Below, piece after piece: positions 9,032-21,828 of a stretch of 64,000 nucleotides of DNA. A program made the position numbers and the translations under genes. Origin of the DNA: Amphiscolops sp. MND2022 (lineage: Eukaryota); the NCBI GenBank assembly GCA_964187785.1, contig OZ076409.1, forward strand, positions 75,890,001 through 75,954,000, written 5' to 3'. Positions within the stretch are counted from its first letter, which is position 1. The number at the start of each line of letters is the position of its first letter. The notes under the pieces were generated by a model. It did no database searches. It had not been told where the DNA came from and worked only from the letters and a program-made list of their open reading frames with translations.

Positions 9032-10319
9032 GTGGCCGGAAATTTTTTTTTTCATCAAAATCTTTGCCATTGGGGGAGGGGCCCCGGATGGCCAGTAGTA
9101 CGGGATAGCTTCCTACCAAATCCAGATGGAAAAAACGTGATTTCGGAAACTAGCCGTCAGAATTTGCTCAAATTTTGCATACGGCTTCCTATGACAATCC
9201 TAAGAACTAATCCCTACTGGCATTTTGCCCAAAAAACGCAAAAAGTTGGTCAAAATCTTAGTTTTTTGGTCAAAAAATGGCGTTTTTTCGAAAAAAATTT
9301 TTTTCAGAGACAATTACTCGTAACTGGTTCACCCAGCGCAAAAACGCCTAGCTGATTTATTGTTGGGCACTTCATGAGGAGTGCGTATACAAATTTTCGT
9401 CCAGATCGGAAAAAAATTGACTAAGTATTAGCCGGAATTCGGACGCATTTTTTCGCAAATTTTTGAAAACCTAGTCTATCTCTGCCGTTTTTTGCCCAGA
9501 TTTTTTTCCAGGTCCTCTCCTAAAGGCCTCCCCTGGCCGGTTTACTTCCCAGAAAAACCATTTGGCCCTAAATACGGAGTTTCAGCGTTCTAGCATTCCC
9601 GGGCGAAAAGATGTGGGACTTAGAAAAAATTCAAAATTTTTCAAAAAATTTTTTTTTCGTTTTCCGGCCCCCCAATGAAGGGGAACGACCCCCCAACGAG
9701 GATTTTTGATGAATTCACGTGGAAAGGCCTTGTTTTGTGGAGAAAATTGCCGTTTAGAGCGACTTTTTATCTTAACTTGACGTTGACCTCTGTCGTTTTG
9801 AATTTGATTTTAGTATGTGTTGAGCATGTGAAAAGTTGATGATTTCAGTTGTTCTCTCGTGTTCAAGCCATTGAGATACAAGCGGTAGTGATCAAAATGT
9901 GATTTATCGCAATTTGGTGGTGCTTTTGGTTTATTTTGATTCTTTTAAATAAAAAGTTGTTCTTAATATATTTGGTGTATTGATTCAAATGTACAAGAAA
10001 CAGTTGAGTACATTTCATCTCCCCCCTTGTGGGGGAGATGAGGATGTACCCGCTAAATGACACGCACAATGGCCCAATTTTATTTTTATGCGACGTTTTC
10101 TAGGCTTTTGCGCAAGCCCACTAAAATTTAGACTGGTTTCCTTTTCTTTTACTCCAAAATTTTCCGTACTAACCACCTTACGCACCACCAGCTCAACGTA
10201 ACATCTGTAACGTCAACGCCACACACTCTCACTAACGCCCACCGTCCGTGGGCATGCCGAGGCATGCCCTTCGACGACGTATGCCAAATAGCGCCACAGG
10301 GCGCAAACTTGTCCGCTAG
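9032..10319 (+). mobile_element. Non-autonomous unit, subfamily D (starts GTGGCCGGAAATTTT)
   Basis: Divergent body; a second D-start unit lies at 17978-19251. Confidence 0.75.
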
Positions 10320-11595
10320 GTGCCGGTGTTTTTTTACACAATGGGGGAAGTTGCGCGGTTGGGGAGGGTCCCTGACGCGCTTCCGTGGTATCGGGTCTTT
10401 CAACCGATGAAAACGACATAAAAAATTGGGATCTCGTAAACTAGCCATACGATTTGGCTGAAATTTGGCACACGTACCCCCCTCGGCACGGTGAAGATGA
10501 TTCCCTACTGACGTTTTTCCCGCTAAACATTTTTTGTTGACCAAAATAACGGTTTTTGGGGTAAAATTTTCAACTTTTTTTAAATTTCATCTTATATCTC
10601 GCCACGGGTTTACGCTAGCGCTTCCCAACCTTGCTGAAAAAAGTTTGCAAACTGTCTCAGGAATGCGGTGTGAAATTTTCAGCTCAATCGGACTTAAACT
10701 CGAGGAGATATAGCGTTTTTCCGGAGCGGGGGGGTTTCATTTTTCTAACGGTCCAGCTTATCTTTGCCATTTTTTTCGAAAATGCACTCGCCTAAAGGCC
10801 TCCCCTGGCCGGTTTTATTCCCAGCAAAACCATTTGGCCCTAAATACGGAGTTTCAGCGTTCCAGCATTCCCGGGCGAAAAGTTGTGGGACTTAGAATTT
10901 TTCAAAAATTTTCAAAAATTTTTTTTTCCGTTATTTGGGCCCCCAAAGTGGGGGAAAGCACCCCCCAACCAGTAAAGCAAGTGAATGCTTGTGGAAAGCC
11001 CTTGTTTAGACAAGAAAAATGGCGTTTAGAATGTCTTTTTATCTTAACTTGACATTGACTTTTGTCGTTTTGAAGGTGACCGTTAGATACAGAAAATTGA
11101 TATTTTGAGTATTTATCCCATCTGAAAGCCATTGAGATACAACATGTTTTGCTCAAAACGTGTTTCATTGCAGTTCCGCTGTCCATTGACACCCTTTGAT
11201 GTCTTTTGACGTAATTTTCTTTTCTATAATAACAATTTTTTTGTGTATTTATTCATTTTTTTCTCATCAAATAACTTGAAACAGTTGAGTACATTCCATC
11301 TCCCTTCCCGGGGGAGATGAGAATGTACTCGCTAAAGGTCAGGAACTACGGTCTATATCTTCCACAACCCAAAAGCAATTGAAAATTGTTTCAGTTTGTT
11401 GCAGAAAACTTTTCTTTTTGCACTCAGTGACTCGGCAAAGTGAACGATTTTGACCCATATTGAATCTTACTTTACCACAACTCATTTCTAACGTCAACGC
11501 CCCCCACACACATCAACGCCCCCCGTCCGTGGGCATGCCGAGGCATGCCCTTCGACGACGTATAGCAAAATATATTCGAACGCGGTAGCAGCTAG
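10320..11595 (+). mobile_element. Non-autonomous unit, subfamily E (starts GTGCCGGTGT..TACACAATGGGG)
   Basis: Other copies at 14173-15440 and 50587-51876. Confidence 0.75.
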
Positions 11596-14500
11596 GTGCC
11601 GGGATTTCCATTCGATAAGGAATTCTGCGCGTGTGGGTAGGGCCCCTGGCGCGCTCCTGTGTTTTCGGTTTTCCTACTCCTAAATAGACCCCCTGAATTC
11701 CGGGATCTCCTAAACTAGCCATACGATTTGGCTGAAATTTGGCACACGTACCCCCCTCGGCACGGTGAAGATGATTCCCTACTGACGTTTTTCCCGCTAA
11801 ACATTTTTTGTTGACCAAAATAACGGTTTTTAGGGTAAAATTTTCAACTTTTTTTAAATTTCATCTTATATCTCGCCACGGGTGCACGCTAGCGCTTCCA
11901 AACCTTGCTGACGAAAGTTTGCAAACTGTCTCAGGAAGGCTGTGTGAAATTTTCAGCTCAATCGGACTTAAACTCGAGGAGATATAGCGTTTTTCCGGAG
12001 CGGGGGGGTTTCATTTTTCTAACGGTCCAGCTTATCTTTGCCATTTTTTCGAAAATGCACTCGCCTAAAGGCCTCCCCTGGCCGGTTTTATTCCCAGCAA
12101 AACCATTTGGCCCTAAATACGGAGTTTCAGCGTTCCAGCATTCCCGGGCAAAAAGTTGTGGGACTTAGAAAATTTCAAAAATTTTCAAAATTTTTTTTTC
12201 CGTTATTTGGGCCCCCAAAGTGGGGGAAAAGACCCCCCAACCAGTAAAGCAAGTGAATGCATGTGCAAAGCCCTTGTTTAGAGGAGAAAAATGCCGTTTA
12301 GAACGTCTTTTTATCTTGGCTCAACGTTGACTTATGACGTTTTGAAGGTGATGTTTGGAGGTGTAAAGCACGTGAATAGTAAACGTTATGAGTATTTATC
12401 TGATCTGAAAGCCATTGAGATGCAATATGGTTTGCTCAAAACGTAATTCATTGCAGTTTGGCAATCAATCAACACCCTTTGTTGTCGTTTGACATACTTT
12501 TTTGTTGTTATAATAAAAAATTTTGTGTATTTATTCATTTTTTTCTCATCAAATAACTTGAAACAGTTGAGTACATTCCATCCCCCCCTTCCGGGGGAGA
12601 TGAGAATGTACTCGCAAAAAGCACCGAACTACGGCCCTTACCTTCCCGAGCTACGCAGTATAGGGATTACATATTGGTTCCGACATTTTCATAGAGTTAA
12701 ATCTTGGTAATCTGTCTGGATATGCAGAAAAATCAGCACGTGCCTTTTAATACCAAGTTGCTTACAACGACAATTATTTTATATCAACGCCCCCATATTT
12801 ATCAACGCCCCCCGTCCGTGGGCATGCCGAGGCATGCCCTTCGACGACGTATACCAAGATATGCGTTAACGCGTTAGCCTAGGTGCCGGGATTTCCATTC
12901 GATAAGGAATTCTGCGCGTGTGGGTAGGGCCCCTGGCGCGCTCCTGTGTTTTGGGTTTTCCTACTCTAAATTCACACATCAGTTATCTCGGATCTCGAAA
13001 ACTAGCCACACGATTTGGCTGAAATTTGGCACACGTACCCCCCTCGGCACGGTGAAGATGATTTCCTACTGACGTTTTTCCCGCTAAACATTTTTTGTTG
13101 ACCAAAATAACGGTTTTTGGTGGAAAATTTTTGATTTTTTTTAAATTTTATCTTATATCTCGCCACGGGTCCACGCTAGCGCTTCCAAACCTTGCTGACG
13201 AAACCTCGCAAACTGTCTCAGAAATGCTGTGTGAAATTTTCAGCTCAATCGGACTTAAACTCGGGGAGATATAGCGTTTTTCCGGAGCGGGGGGTTTCAT
13301 TTTTCTAACGGTCCAGCTTATCTTTGCCATTTTTTCGAAAATGCACTCGCCTAAAGGCCTCCCCTGGCCGGTTTTACTCCCAAAAAAACCATTTGGCCCT
13401 AAATACGGAGTTTCAGCGTTCTAGCATTCCGGGGCGAAAAGTTGTGGTACTTAGTAAATTTCAAAAATTTTCAAAATTTTTTTTTTCGTTATTTGGGCCC
13501 CCAAAGTGGGGGAAAAGACCCCCCAACCAGTAATTTGAGTGAATTCATGTGGAAAAGCCATGTTTAGCGGCGAAAAATGCTTTTTAGATCGTCTTTTTAT
13601 TTTAACCTGTTGTTGACTTATGTTGTTTTGAAGGTGATGTTTGGATGTGTGAAGCATGTGAAAAGGTAATTTTTTGTGTCTTTATCTCTTCTAAAAGCCA
13701 TTGAGATGCAATCTGTTTTGCTCAAAACGTAATTCAATGCAATTTGGCAGTCAATGAACACAATTTGGTGTCTTTTGTTATATTTTTCTGTTGATATAAT
13801 AAAAAATTTTGTGTCTTTATTAATTTTTTTTAAATAAAATAACTTGAAACAGTTGAGTACATTCCATCCCCCCCTTCCGGGGGAGATGGAAATGTACTCG
13901 CTAAAAGCCGCGAACAAGAGCCCATACCTTCCTGCGCTACGCAGTATAAAGATTGCATGTTGGTTCCGACTTTTTGGTAGTGTTATATCTTGGTAATTTG
14001 ACTGAATATGGAGAAAAATCAGCAAGTGCTCTTTTATAGCAAATTGCTGACAACGACAATTTTTTTATATCAACGCCCCCATATTTATCAACGCCCCCCG
14101 TCCGTGGGCATGCCGAGGCATGCCCTTCGACGACGTATACCAAGATATACTCCCGAGCGCGGTAGCGGCTAGGTGCCGGTGTCTTTTTACACAATGGGGG
14201 AAGTTGCGCGGTTGGGGAGGGTCCCTGACGCGCTTCCGTGAGATCAGGTTTTTCAACTAGTGAAATCGACAAAGAAAATTGAGATCTCGTAAACTAGCCA
14301 TACGATTTGGCTGAAATTTGGCACACGTACCCCCCTCGGCACGGTGAAGATGATTTCCTACTGACGTTTTTCCCGCTAAACATTTTTTGTTGACCAAAAT
14401 AACGGTTTTTGGGGTAAAATTTTCAACTTTTTTTAAATTTCATCTTATATCTCGCCACGGGTGCACGCTAGCGCTTCCGAACCTTGCTAACGAAAGTTTG

Positions 14501-16708
14501 CAAACTGTCTCAGGAATGCTGTGTGAAAATTTCAGCTCAATCGGACTTAAACTCGAGGAGATATAGCGTTTTTCCGGAGCGGGGGGGTTTCATTTTTCTA
14601 ACGGTCCAGCTTATCTTTGCCATTTTTTCGAAAATGCACTCGCCTAAAGGCCTCCCCTGGCCGGTTTTATTCCCAGCAAAACCATTTGGCCCTAAATACG
14701 GAGTTTCAGCGTTCCAGCATTCTCGGGCGAAAAGTTGTGGGACTTAAGTGTTGTGGGCCCCCAAGTTGTGGGACGTAGTGGGGGAAAAGACCCCCCAACC
14801 AGTAAATCAAGTGAATGCATGTGGAAAGGCCATGTTTAGAGGAGAAAAATGCCGTTTAGAACGTCTTTTTATCTTGGCTCAACGTTGACTTATGACGTTT
14901 TGAAGGTGATGTTTGGAGGTGTAAAGCAAGTGAATAGTAAACGTTATGAGTATTTATCTGATCTGAAAGCCATTGAGATGCAATATGATTGCTCAAAACG
15001 TAATTCATTGCAGTTTGGCAATCAATCAACACCCTTTGTTGTCGTTTGACATACTTTTTTGTTGTTAAAATAAAAAATTTTGTGTATTTATTCATTTTTT
15101 TCTCATCAAATAACTTGGAACAGTTGAGTACATTCCATCCCCCCTTCCGGGGGAGATGAGAATGTACTCGCAAAAAGCACCGAACTACGGCCCTTACCTT
15201 CCCGAGCTACGCAGTATAAGGATTACATATTGGTTCCGACATTTTCATAGAGTTATATCCTGGTAATCTGTCTGGATATGCCGAAAAATCAGCACGTGCC
15301 TTTTAATACCAAGTTGCTCACAACGACAATTATTTTATATCAACGCCCCCATATTTATCAACGCCCCCCGTCCGTGGGCATGCCGAGGCATGCCCTTCGA
15401 CGACCCGCACCAAAATATGCGTTAGCGCGGTAGCCGCTAGGTGGCCGTGTCTTTTCGACGTGCTTTTGCATTGAGGAGTGGGTAGGGCCCCGCGACGACC
15501 TAGAAGAATTGGATGCTCACCGAAACGTGCAGAATTCTACGAGATCTCATAGTTTGAGCCATACGATTTTGCTGAAATTTGGCATGTGGCCTGGAATTGG
15601 TGAGTAGGTAAAACGTGTAGGAGGTGATTTTTCCCAAATTCCACTGTGAGACGAGATATGGGCAAATAACGGTCCCAAAAATGGCAAAAATGCACTTTTT
15701 TCAACTTTGTCAGCCCATATCTCGTTCCCAGGTGCCCGGAGCGGGACGCGTTAAGCTGATTATAAACTCTAGGGTGTTGAGGCTGTACGGTGAACTTGGG
15801 CCCGTTCCGATCCGACTTGTAGTCTTGGAGAAATAACGGTATTTTTGGGGAACCTTTTCTAACGGTCCAGCTTATCTTTGCCATTTTTTCGAAAATGTAC
15901 TCGCCTAAAGGCCTCCCCCTGGCCGAATTTACTCCCAGCAAAACCATTTGGCCCTAAATACGGAGTTTCAGCGTTCCAGCATTCCCGGGCGAAAAGTTGT
16001 GGGACTTGGAAAATTTTCAAAAATTTTCAAAAAATTTTTTTTCGTTTTCCGGGCCCCCAATGAAGGGGAAACGACCCCCCAACCAGTATTTTGAGTGAAT
16101 TCATGTGGAAAGCCCTTGTTTTGACGAGAAAAATACCGTTTAGAACATCTTTTTATCTTGACTCAACGTTGACTTATGACGTTTTGAATGTGATGTAAGG
16201 ATGTAGGAGGCATGTGATAAGTTGATGTTTTGAGTCTTTATCTCATATGAAAGCGGTTGAGATGCAAGCTGTCCTGCTCAAAACGTCTTTCGTTGTAATT
16301 TTCCAGTGCACCAATACCCTTTGGTGTCATATAAACATACTTTTTGTCGATATATTAACAATTTTAATGTATTTATTCCAATTTTTATTATCTTATAACT
16401 CAAAACAGTTGAGTACATTTCATCTCCCTTTCGGGGGAGATGAGAATGTACTCGCTAAAGACCTAGCGCCATGACCAAAAGTTTGAAACCCACGTTTTTT
16501 ATCTTCTTATAGACTTGTTTTTGTATTTTTTCGGAATTTTTTAAAAATTAATATACTTGAAATACATTACTTGACTTTACTACTACAACCCACCTCCAAC
16601 GACAACGCCCCCATGCTTGCATCAACGCCCACCGTCCGTGGGCATGCCGAGGCATGCCCTTCGACGACGTATGCCAAATGCCCAGTGCCACGCAGTCATT
16701 ATCGCTAG

Positions 16709-17977
16709 GTGCCGGGATTACTATTGGATAAGGAATTTTGCGCGGTTGGGTAGGGCCCCGTGAGCGCGCCAGGGGATAGTGTTAGAACAACAAGGATTTG
16801 GGCATCAGTTGGGAGCGATTTTCTAAACTATCCGTACGATTTTGCTGAAATTTGGCACGAAGCTTCCTTGGAACATTCTAAGAACAAATCCCTACTGGCG
16901 TTTTGCTGGGAAAAATCAAAAAGTTGGTCAAAAATGCGATTTTCCGACAAAATTTTGGGGTAAAATTTTTTTGAAACGTTATATCTCGCCACAGGGTCAC
17001 GCTAGCGCCTCGCAACCTATGATCGTGTTTTGTTGGGCGTTGTCTGTAGAACACGTATGCCAAATTTGGTGGCGATCGGACTTAAACTCAGGGAGATATA
17101 GCGATTTTTTAGGTGCATTTTTTGACATTTTTTGCATTTGCCGATTTATCTCTGCCGTTTTTGCCCAAAATTTTTTTGAGACACTCTCCTAAAGACCTCC
17201 CCTGGCCGGTTTACCTCCCAGAAAAACCATTTGGCCCTAAATACGAAGTTTCAGCGTTCTAGCATTCCCGGGCAAAAAGTTGTGGGACTTAGAATAGTTT
17301 TTATGGTAACGCAAAATGTGTAAAGTCAACTTCAGGCCTCCCAAAGTCAAAGAACTTCCACACAACTAGGATTGCAAGTGGGTGCATGTGGAAAGTACTC
17401 GGATAGACGAGAAAAATGAGCTATAGAACGACTCTGTAGCTTAACCTGACGTTGACTTATGACAATTTTAGTGTGAGCTTGCTATTTGGTGTAAAAATTC
17501 AAATGATGAAAATCGAAGCTAAGTCTCATCCAAAACTCATCGGAATACGTTCAATGCATCCCAAAGCGGATTAATTCGAGATGTTTAGTGCAGCAACACC
17601 ATTCAAGACCATTTGACCCATTTTTATAAGTTTTGACAACGTATTATTCATACGAGAGCACGAAACAGTTGAGTACATTCCATCTCCCTTTCGGGGGAGA
17701 TGAGAATGTACTCGCTAAAGTCCAGGTACTACAGCCCATATTTGCTTTTATGCGACGCTCTTATGCTAGTGCGCATACTTTTTAATCGTTTAACTGAATT
17801 TTCTTCTGTCTGCACTTTGACTTTGACTTGACATATAGTGAACGTTTTGTCTTACAACTTACAAATGAGTAACGTCAACGCCCCATCCTTGCATCAACGC
17901 CCACCGTCCGTGGGCATGCCGAGGCATGCCCTTCGACGACGTATGCCAAGATATATCCCAAGCGCGGTAGCAGCTAG
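16709..17977 (+). mobile_element. Non-autonomous unit, subfamily F (starts GTGCCGGGATTACTATT)
   Basis: 1269 bp, divergent body; near-identical copy at 37104-38372. Confidence 0.75.
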
Positions 17978-20900
17978 GTGGCCGGAAATTTTTTTTTTCA
18001 GCAAAATCTTTGCCATTGGGGGAGGGGCCCCGGATGGCCAGTAGTACGGGATAGCTTCCTACCAAATCCAGGCGGAAAAAACGTGATTTTGGAAACTAGC
18101 CGTCAGAATTTGCTCAAATTTTGCATACGGCTTCCTATAACAATCCTAAGAACTAATCCCTACTGGCATTTTGCCCAAAAAACGCAAAAAGTTGGTCAAA
18201 ATCTTAGTTTTTTGGTCAAAAAATGGCGTTTTTTCGAAAAAAAAAATTTTTTAGAGACAATTACTCGTAACTGGTTCACCCAGCGCAAAAACGCCTAGCT
18301 GATTTATTGTCGGGCACTTCATGAGGAATGCGTATACAAATTTTCGTCCAAATCGGATAAAAGTTGATTGAGAAATAACTGAAAATTTGAGGCATTTTTT
18401 TGGAAATTTTTGAAATCCCAGTCTATCTCTGCCGTTTTTTGCCCAGATTTTTTTCCAGGACCTCTCCTAAAGGCCTCCCCTGGCCGGTTTACCTCACAGC
18501 AAAACCATTTGGCCCTAAATACGGAGTTTCAGCATTCCAGCATTCCCCGGGTAAAAGATAAATGACTTAGAATTTTTTCGAAAAATTTTCAAAAATTTTT
18601 TTTTTCAAATTCAGGCCTCCTAAAGTCAAGAAACTTCCACACAACTAGGATTGCAAGTGAAAGCATGTGGAAAGTGCTTGAATAGACGAGAAAAATGAGC
18701 TATCATACGACTCTGTAGCTTAACCTGACGTTGACTTATGATAGTTTTAGTGTGAGCTTCGTATGTGCTGAAAAAATCAAAGAAACCTAAAAGTCTTTTA
18801 AAAGTAATCAGAATACGTCCAATCAACCCCAGAGCTGTTAAATTGCCGTTGTGCAGTAGAGCAACACCATTTAGAGTGTTTTGACCCATTTTGACAAGTT
18901 TTGATACGGTCTTGTTCATCTGATAGCACAAAACAGTTGAGTACATTCCATCTCCCCCCTTGTGGGGGAGATGAGAATGTACTCGCTAAAAGTCAGGTAC
19001 TATAGCGCCCATTTTGTTTTGTTCGACGCTAGTGATGCTATTGCACACGAATACAATAGTTTTGTCAAATTATGTTTAACATGATGAATCTTACTTTACC
19101 TTTAGTTTACGTTTACCTACTACTACAACATCGCATCCGTAACGACAACGCCACATACTCGCATCAACGCCCACCGTCCGTGGGCATGCCGAGGCATGCC
19201 CTTCGACGACGTATGCCAAATAGCGCCACAGGGCGCAAACTTGTCCGCTAGGTGCCGGGATTTCTATTCGATAAAGTATGTGGCGCGTGTGGGTAGGGTC
19301 CCTGGCGCGCTCTTGGGTATGGTGTTCACCAGCTAGGAAATAGGGGTCGATTTTTCGGGATCTCCTAAACTAGCCACACGATTTGGCTGAAATTTGGCAC
19401 ACGTACCCCCCTCGGCACGGTGAAGATGATTTCCTACTGACGTTTTTCCCGCAAAATTTTTTTTGTTGTCCAAAATAACGGTTTTTGGGGTAAAATTTTG
19501 AATTTTTTTTAAATTTCATCTTATATCTCGCCACGGGTTTACGCTAGCGCTTCAAAACCCTGCTAAAGAAAGCTTGCAAACTGTCTCAGGAATGCGGTGT
19601 GAAATTTTCAGCTCCATCGGACTCAAACTCAGAGAGATATAGCGTTTTTCCGGAGCGGGGGGGTTTCATTTTTCTAACGGTCCAGCTTATCTTAGCCATT
19701 TTTTCGAAAATGTAATCGCCTAAAGGCCTCCCCTGGCCGGTTTTATTCCCAGCAAAACCATTTGGCCCTAAATACGGAGTTTCAGCGTTCTAGCATTCCC
19801 GGGCGAAAAGTTGTGGGACTTAGAAAATTTCAAAAATTTTCAAAAAAATTTTTTTCCGTTTTCCGCCCTCCCCCCCTAGGGGAAAAGACCCCCCAACCAG
19901 TAATTTGAGTGAATTCATGTGGAAAGGCCATGTTTAGAGGAGAAAAATTTCGTTTAAATCGTCTTTTTATCTTTATTCAACGTTGACTTATGACGTTTTG
20001 AAGGTGATGTTTGGAGGTGTGAAGCACGTGAAAAGTAAACGTTATGAGTATTTATCTGATCTGAAAGCCATTGAGATGCAACCTGTTTTGCTCAAAACGT
20101 AATTCATATCAGTTTGGTAGTCAATCAACACCCTTTGTTGTCATTTGACATCTTTTTTTGTTGATATAAGAAAAAATTTCGTGTATTTATCAATTTTTTT
20201 CTCATCAAATAACTTGAAACAGTTGAGTACATTCCATCCCCCCTTCACGGGGGAGATGAGAATGTACTCGCAAAAAGCTCCGAACTACGGCCCTTACCTT
20301 CCTGAGCTACGCAGTATAAAGATTGCATATTGGTTCCGACATTTTGATAGAGTTATATCTTGGTAATCTGTCTGGGTATGCAGAAAAACCAGCACGTGCT
20401 TTTTTATACCAAGTTGCTCACAACGACATTTATTTTATATCAACGCCCCCATATTTATCAACGCCCCCCGTCCGTGGGCATGCCGAGGCATGCCCTTCGA
20501 CGACGTATACCAAAATATGTTCGAGCGCGTTAGCCTAGGTGCCGGGATTTCTATTCGTTCGAGTATGTGGCGCGTGTGGGTAGGGCCCCTGGCGCGCTCT
20601 TGTGTTTGGGGGTTTCCTACTTCTAAATCACGTTCAGATTTCCGGGATCTCGTAAACTATCCATACGATTTGGCTGAAATTTGGCACACGTACCCCCCTC
20701 GGCACGGTGAAGATGATTTCCTACTGACGTTTTTCCCGCTAAACATTTTTTGTTGACCAAAATAACGGTTTTTGGTGGAAAATTTTTGATTTTTTTTAAA
20801 TTTTATCTTATATCTCGCCACGGGTCCACGCTAGCGCTTCCAAACCCTGCTGACGAAACCTCGCAAACTGTCTCAGGAATGCTGTGTGAAATTTTCAGCT

Positions 20901-21828
20901 CAATCGGACTTAAACTCGGGGAGATATAGCGTTTTTCCGGAGCGGGGGGGTTTCATTTTTCTAACGGTCCAGCTTATCTTTGCCATTTTTTCGAAAATGC
21001 ACTCGCCTAAAGGCCTCCCCTGGCCGGTTTTACTCCCAAAAAAACCATTTGGCCCTAAATACGGAGTTTCAGCGTTCTAGCATTCCGGGGCGAAAAGTTG
21101 TGGTACTTAGTAAATTTCAAAAATTTTCAAAAATTTTTTTTTCGTTATTTGGGCCCCCAAAGTGGGGGAAAAGACCCCCCAACCAGTAATTTGAGTGAAT
21201 TCATGTGGAAAGGCCATGTTTAGCGGCGAAAAATGCTTTTTAGATCGTCTTTTTATTTTAACCTGTTGTTGACTTATGTTGTTTTGAAGGTGATGTTTGG
21301 ATGTGTGAAGCATGTGAAAAGGTAATTTTTTGTGTCTTTATCTCTTCTAAAAGCCATTGAGATGCAATCTGTTTTGCTCAAAACGTAATTCAATGCAATT
21401 TGGCAGTCAATGAACACAATTTGGTGTCTTTTGTTATATTTTTCTGTTGATATAATAAAAAATTTTGTGTCTTTATTAATTTTTTTTAAATAAAATAACT
21501 TGAAACAGTTGAGTACATTCCATCCCCCCCTTCCGGGGGAGATGGAAATGTACTCGCTAAAAGCCGCGAACAAGAGCCCATACCTTCCTGCGCTACGCAG
21601 TATAAAGATTGCATGTTGGTTCCGACTTTTTGGTAGTGTTATATCTTGGTAATTTGACTGAATATGGAGAAAAATCAGCAAGTGCTCTTTTATAGCAAAT
21701 TGCTGACAACGACAATTTTTTTATATCAACGCCCCCATATTTATCAACGCCCCCCGTCCGTGGGCATGCCGAGGTATGCCCTTCGACGACGTATACCAAG
21801 ATATACTCCCGAGCGCGGTAGCCGCTAG

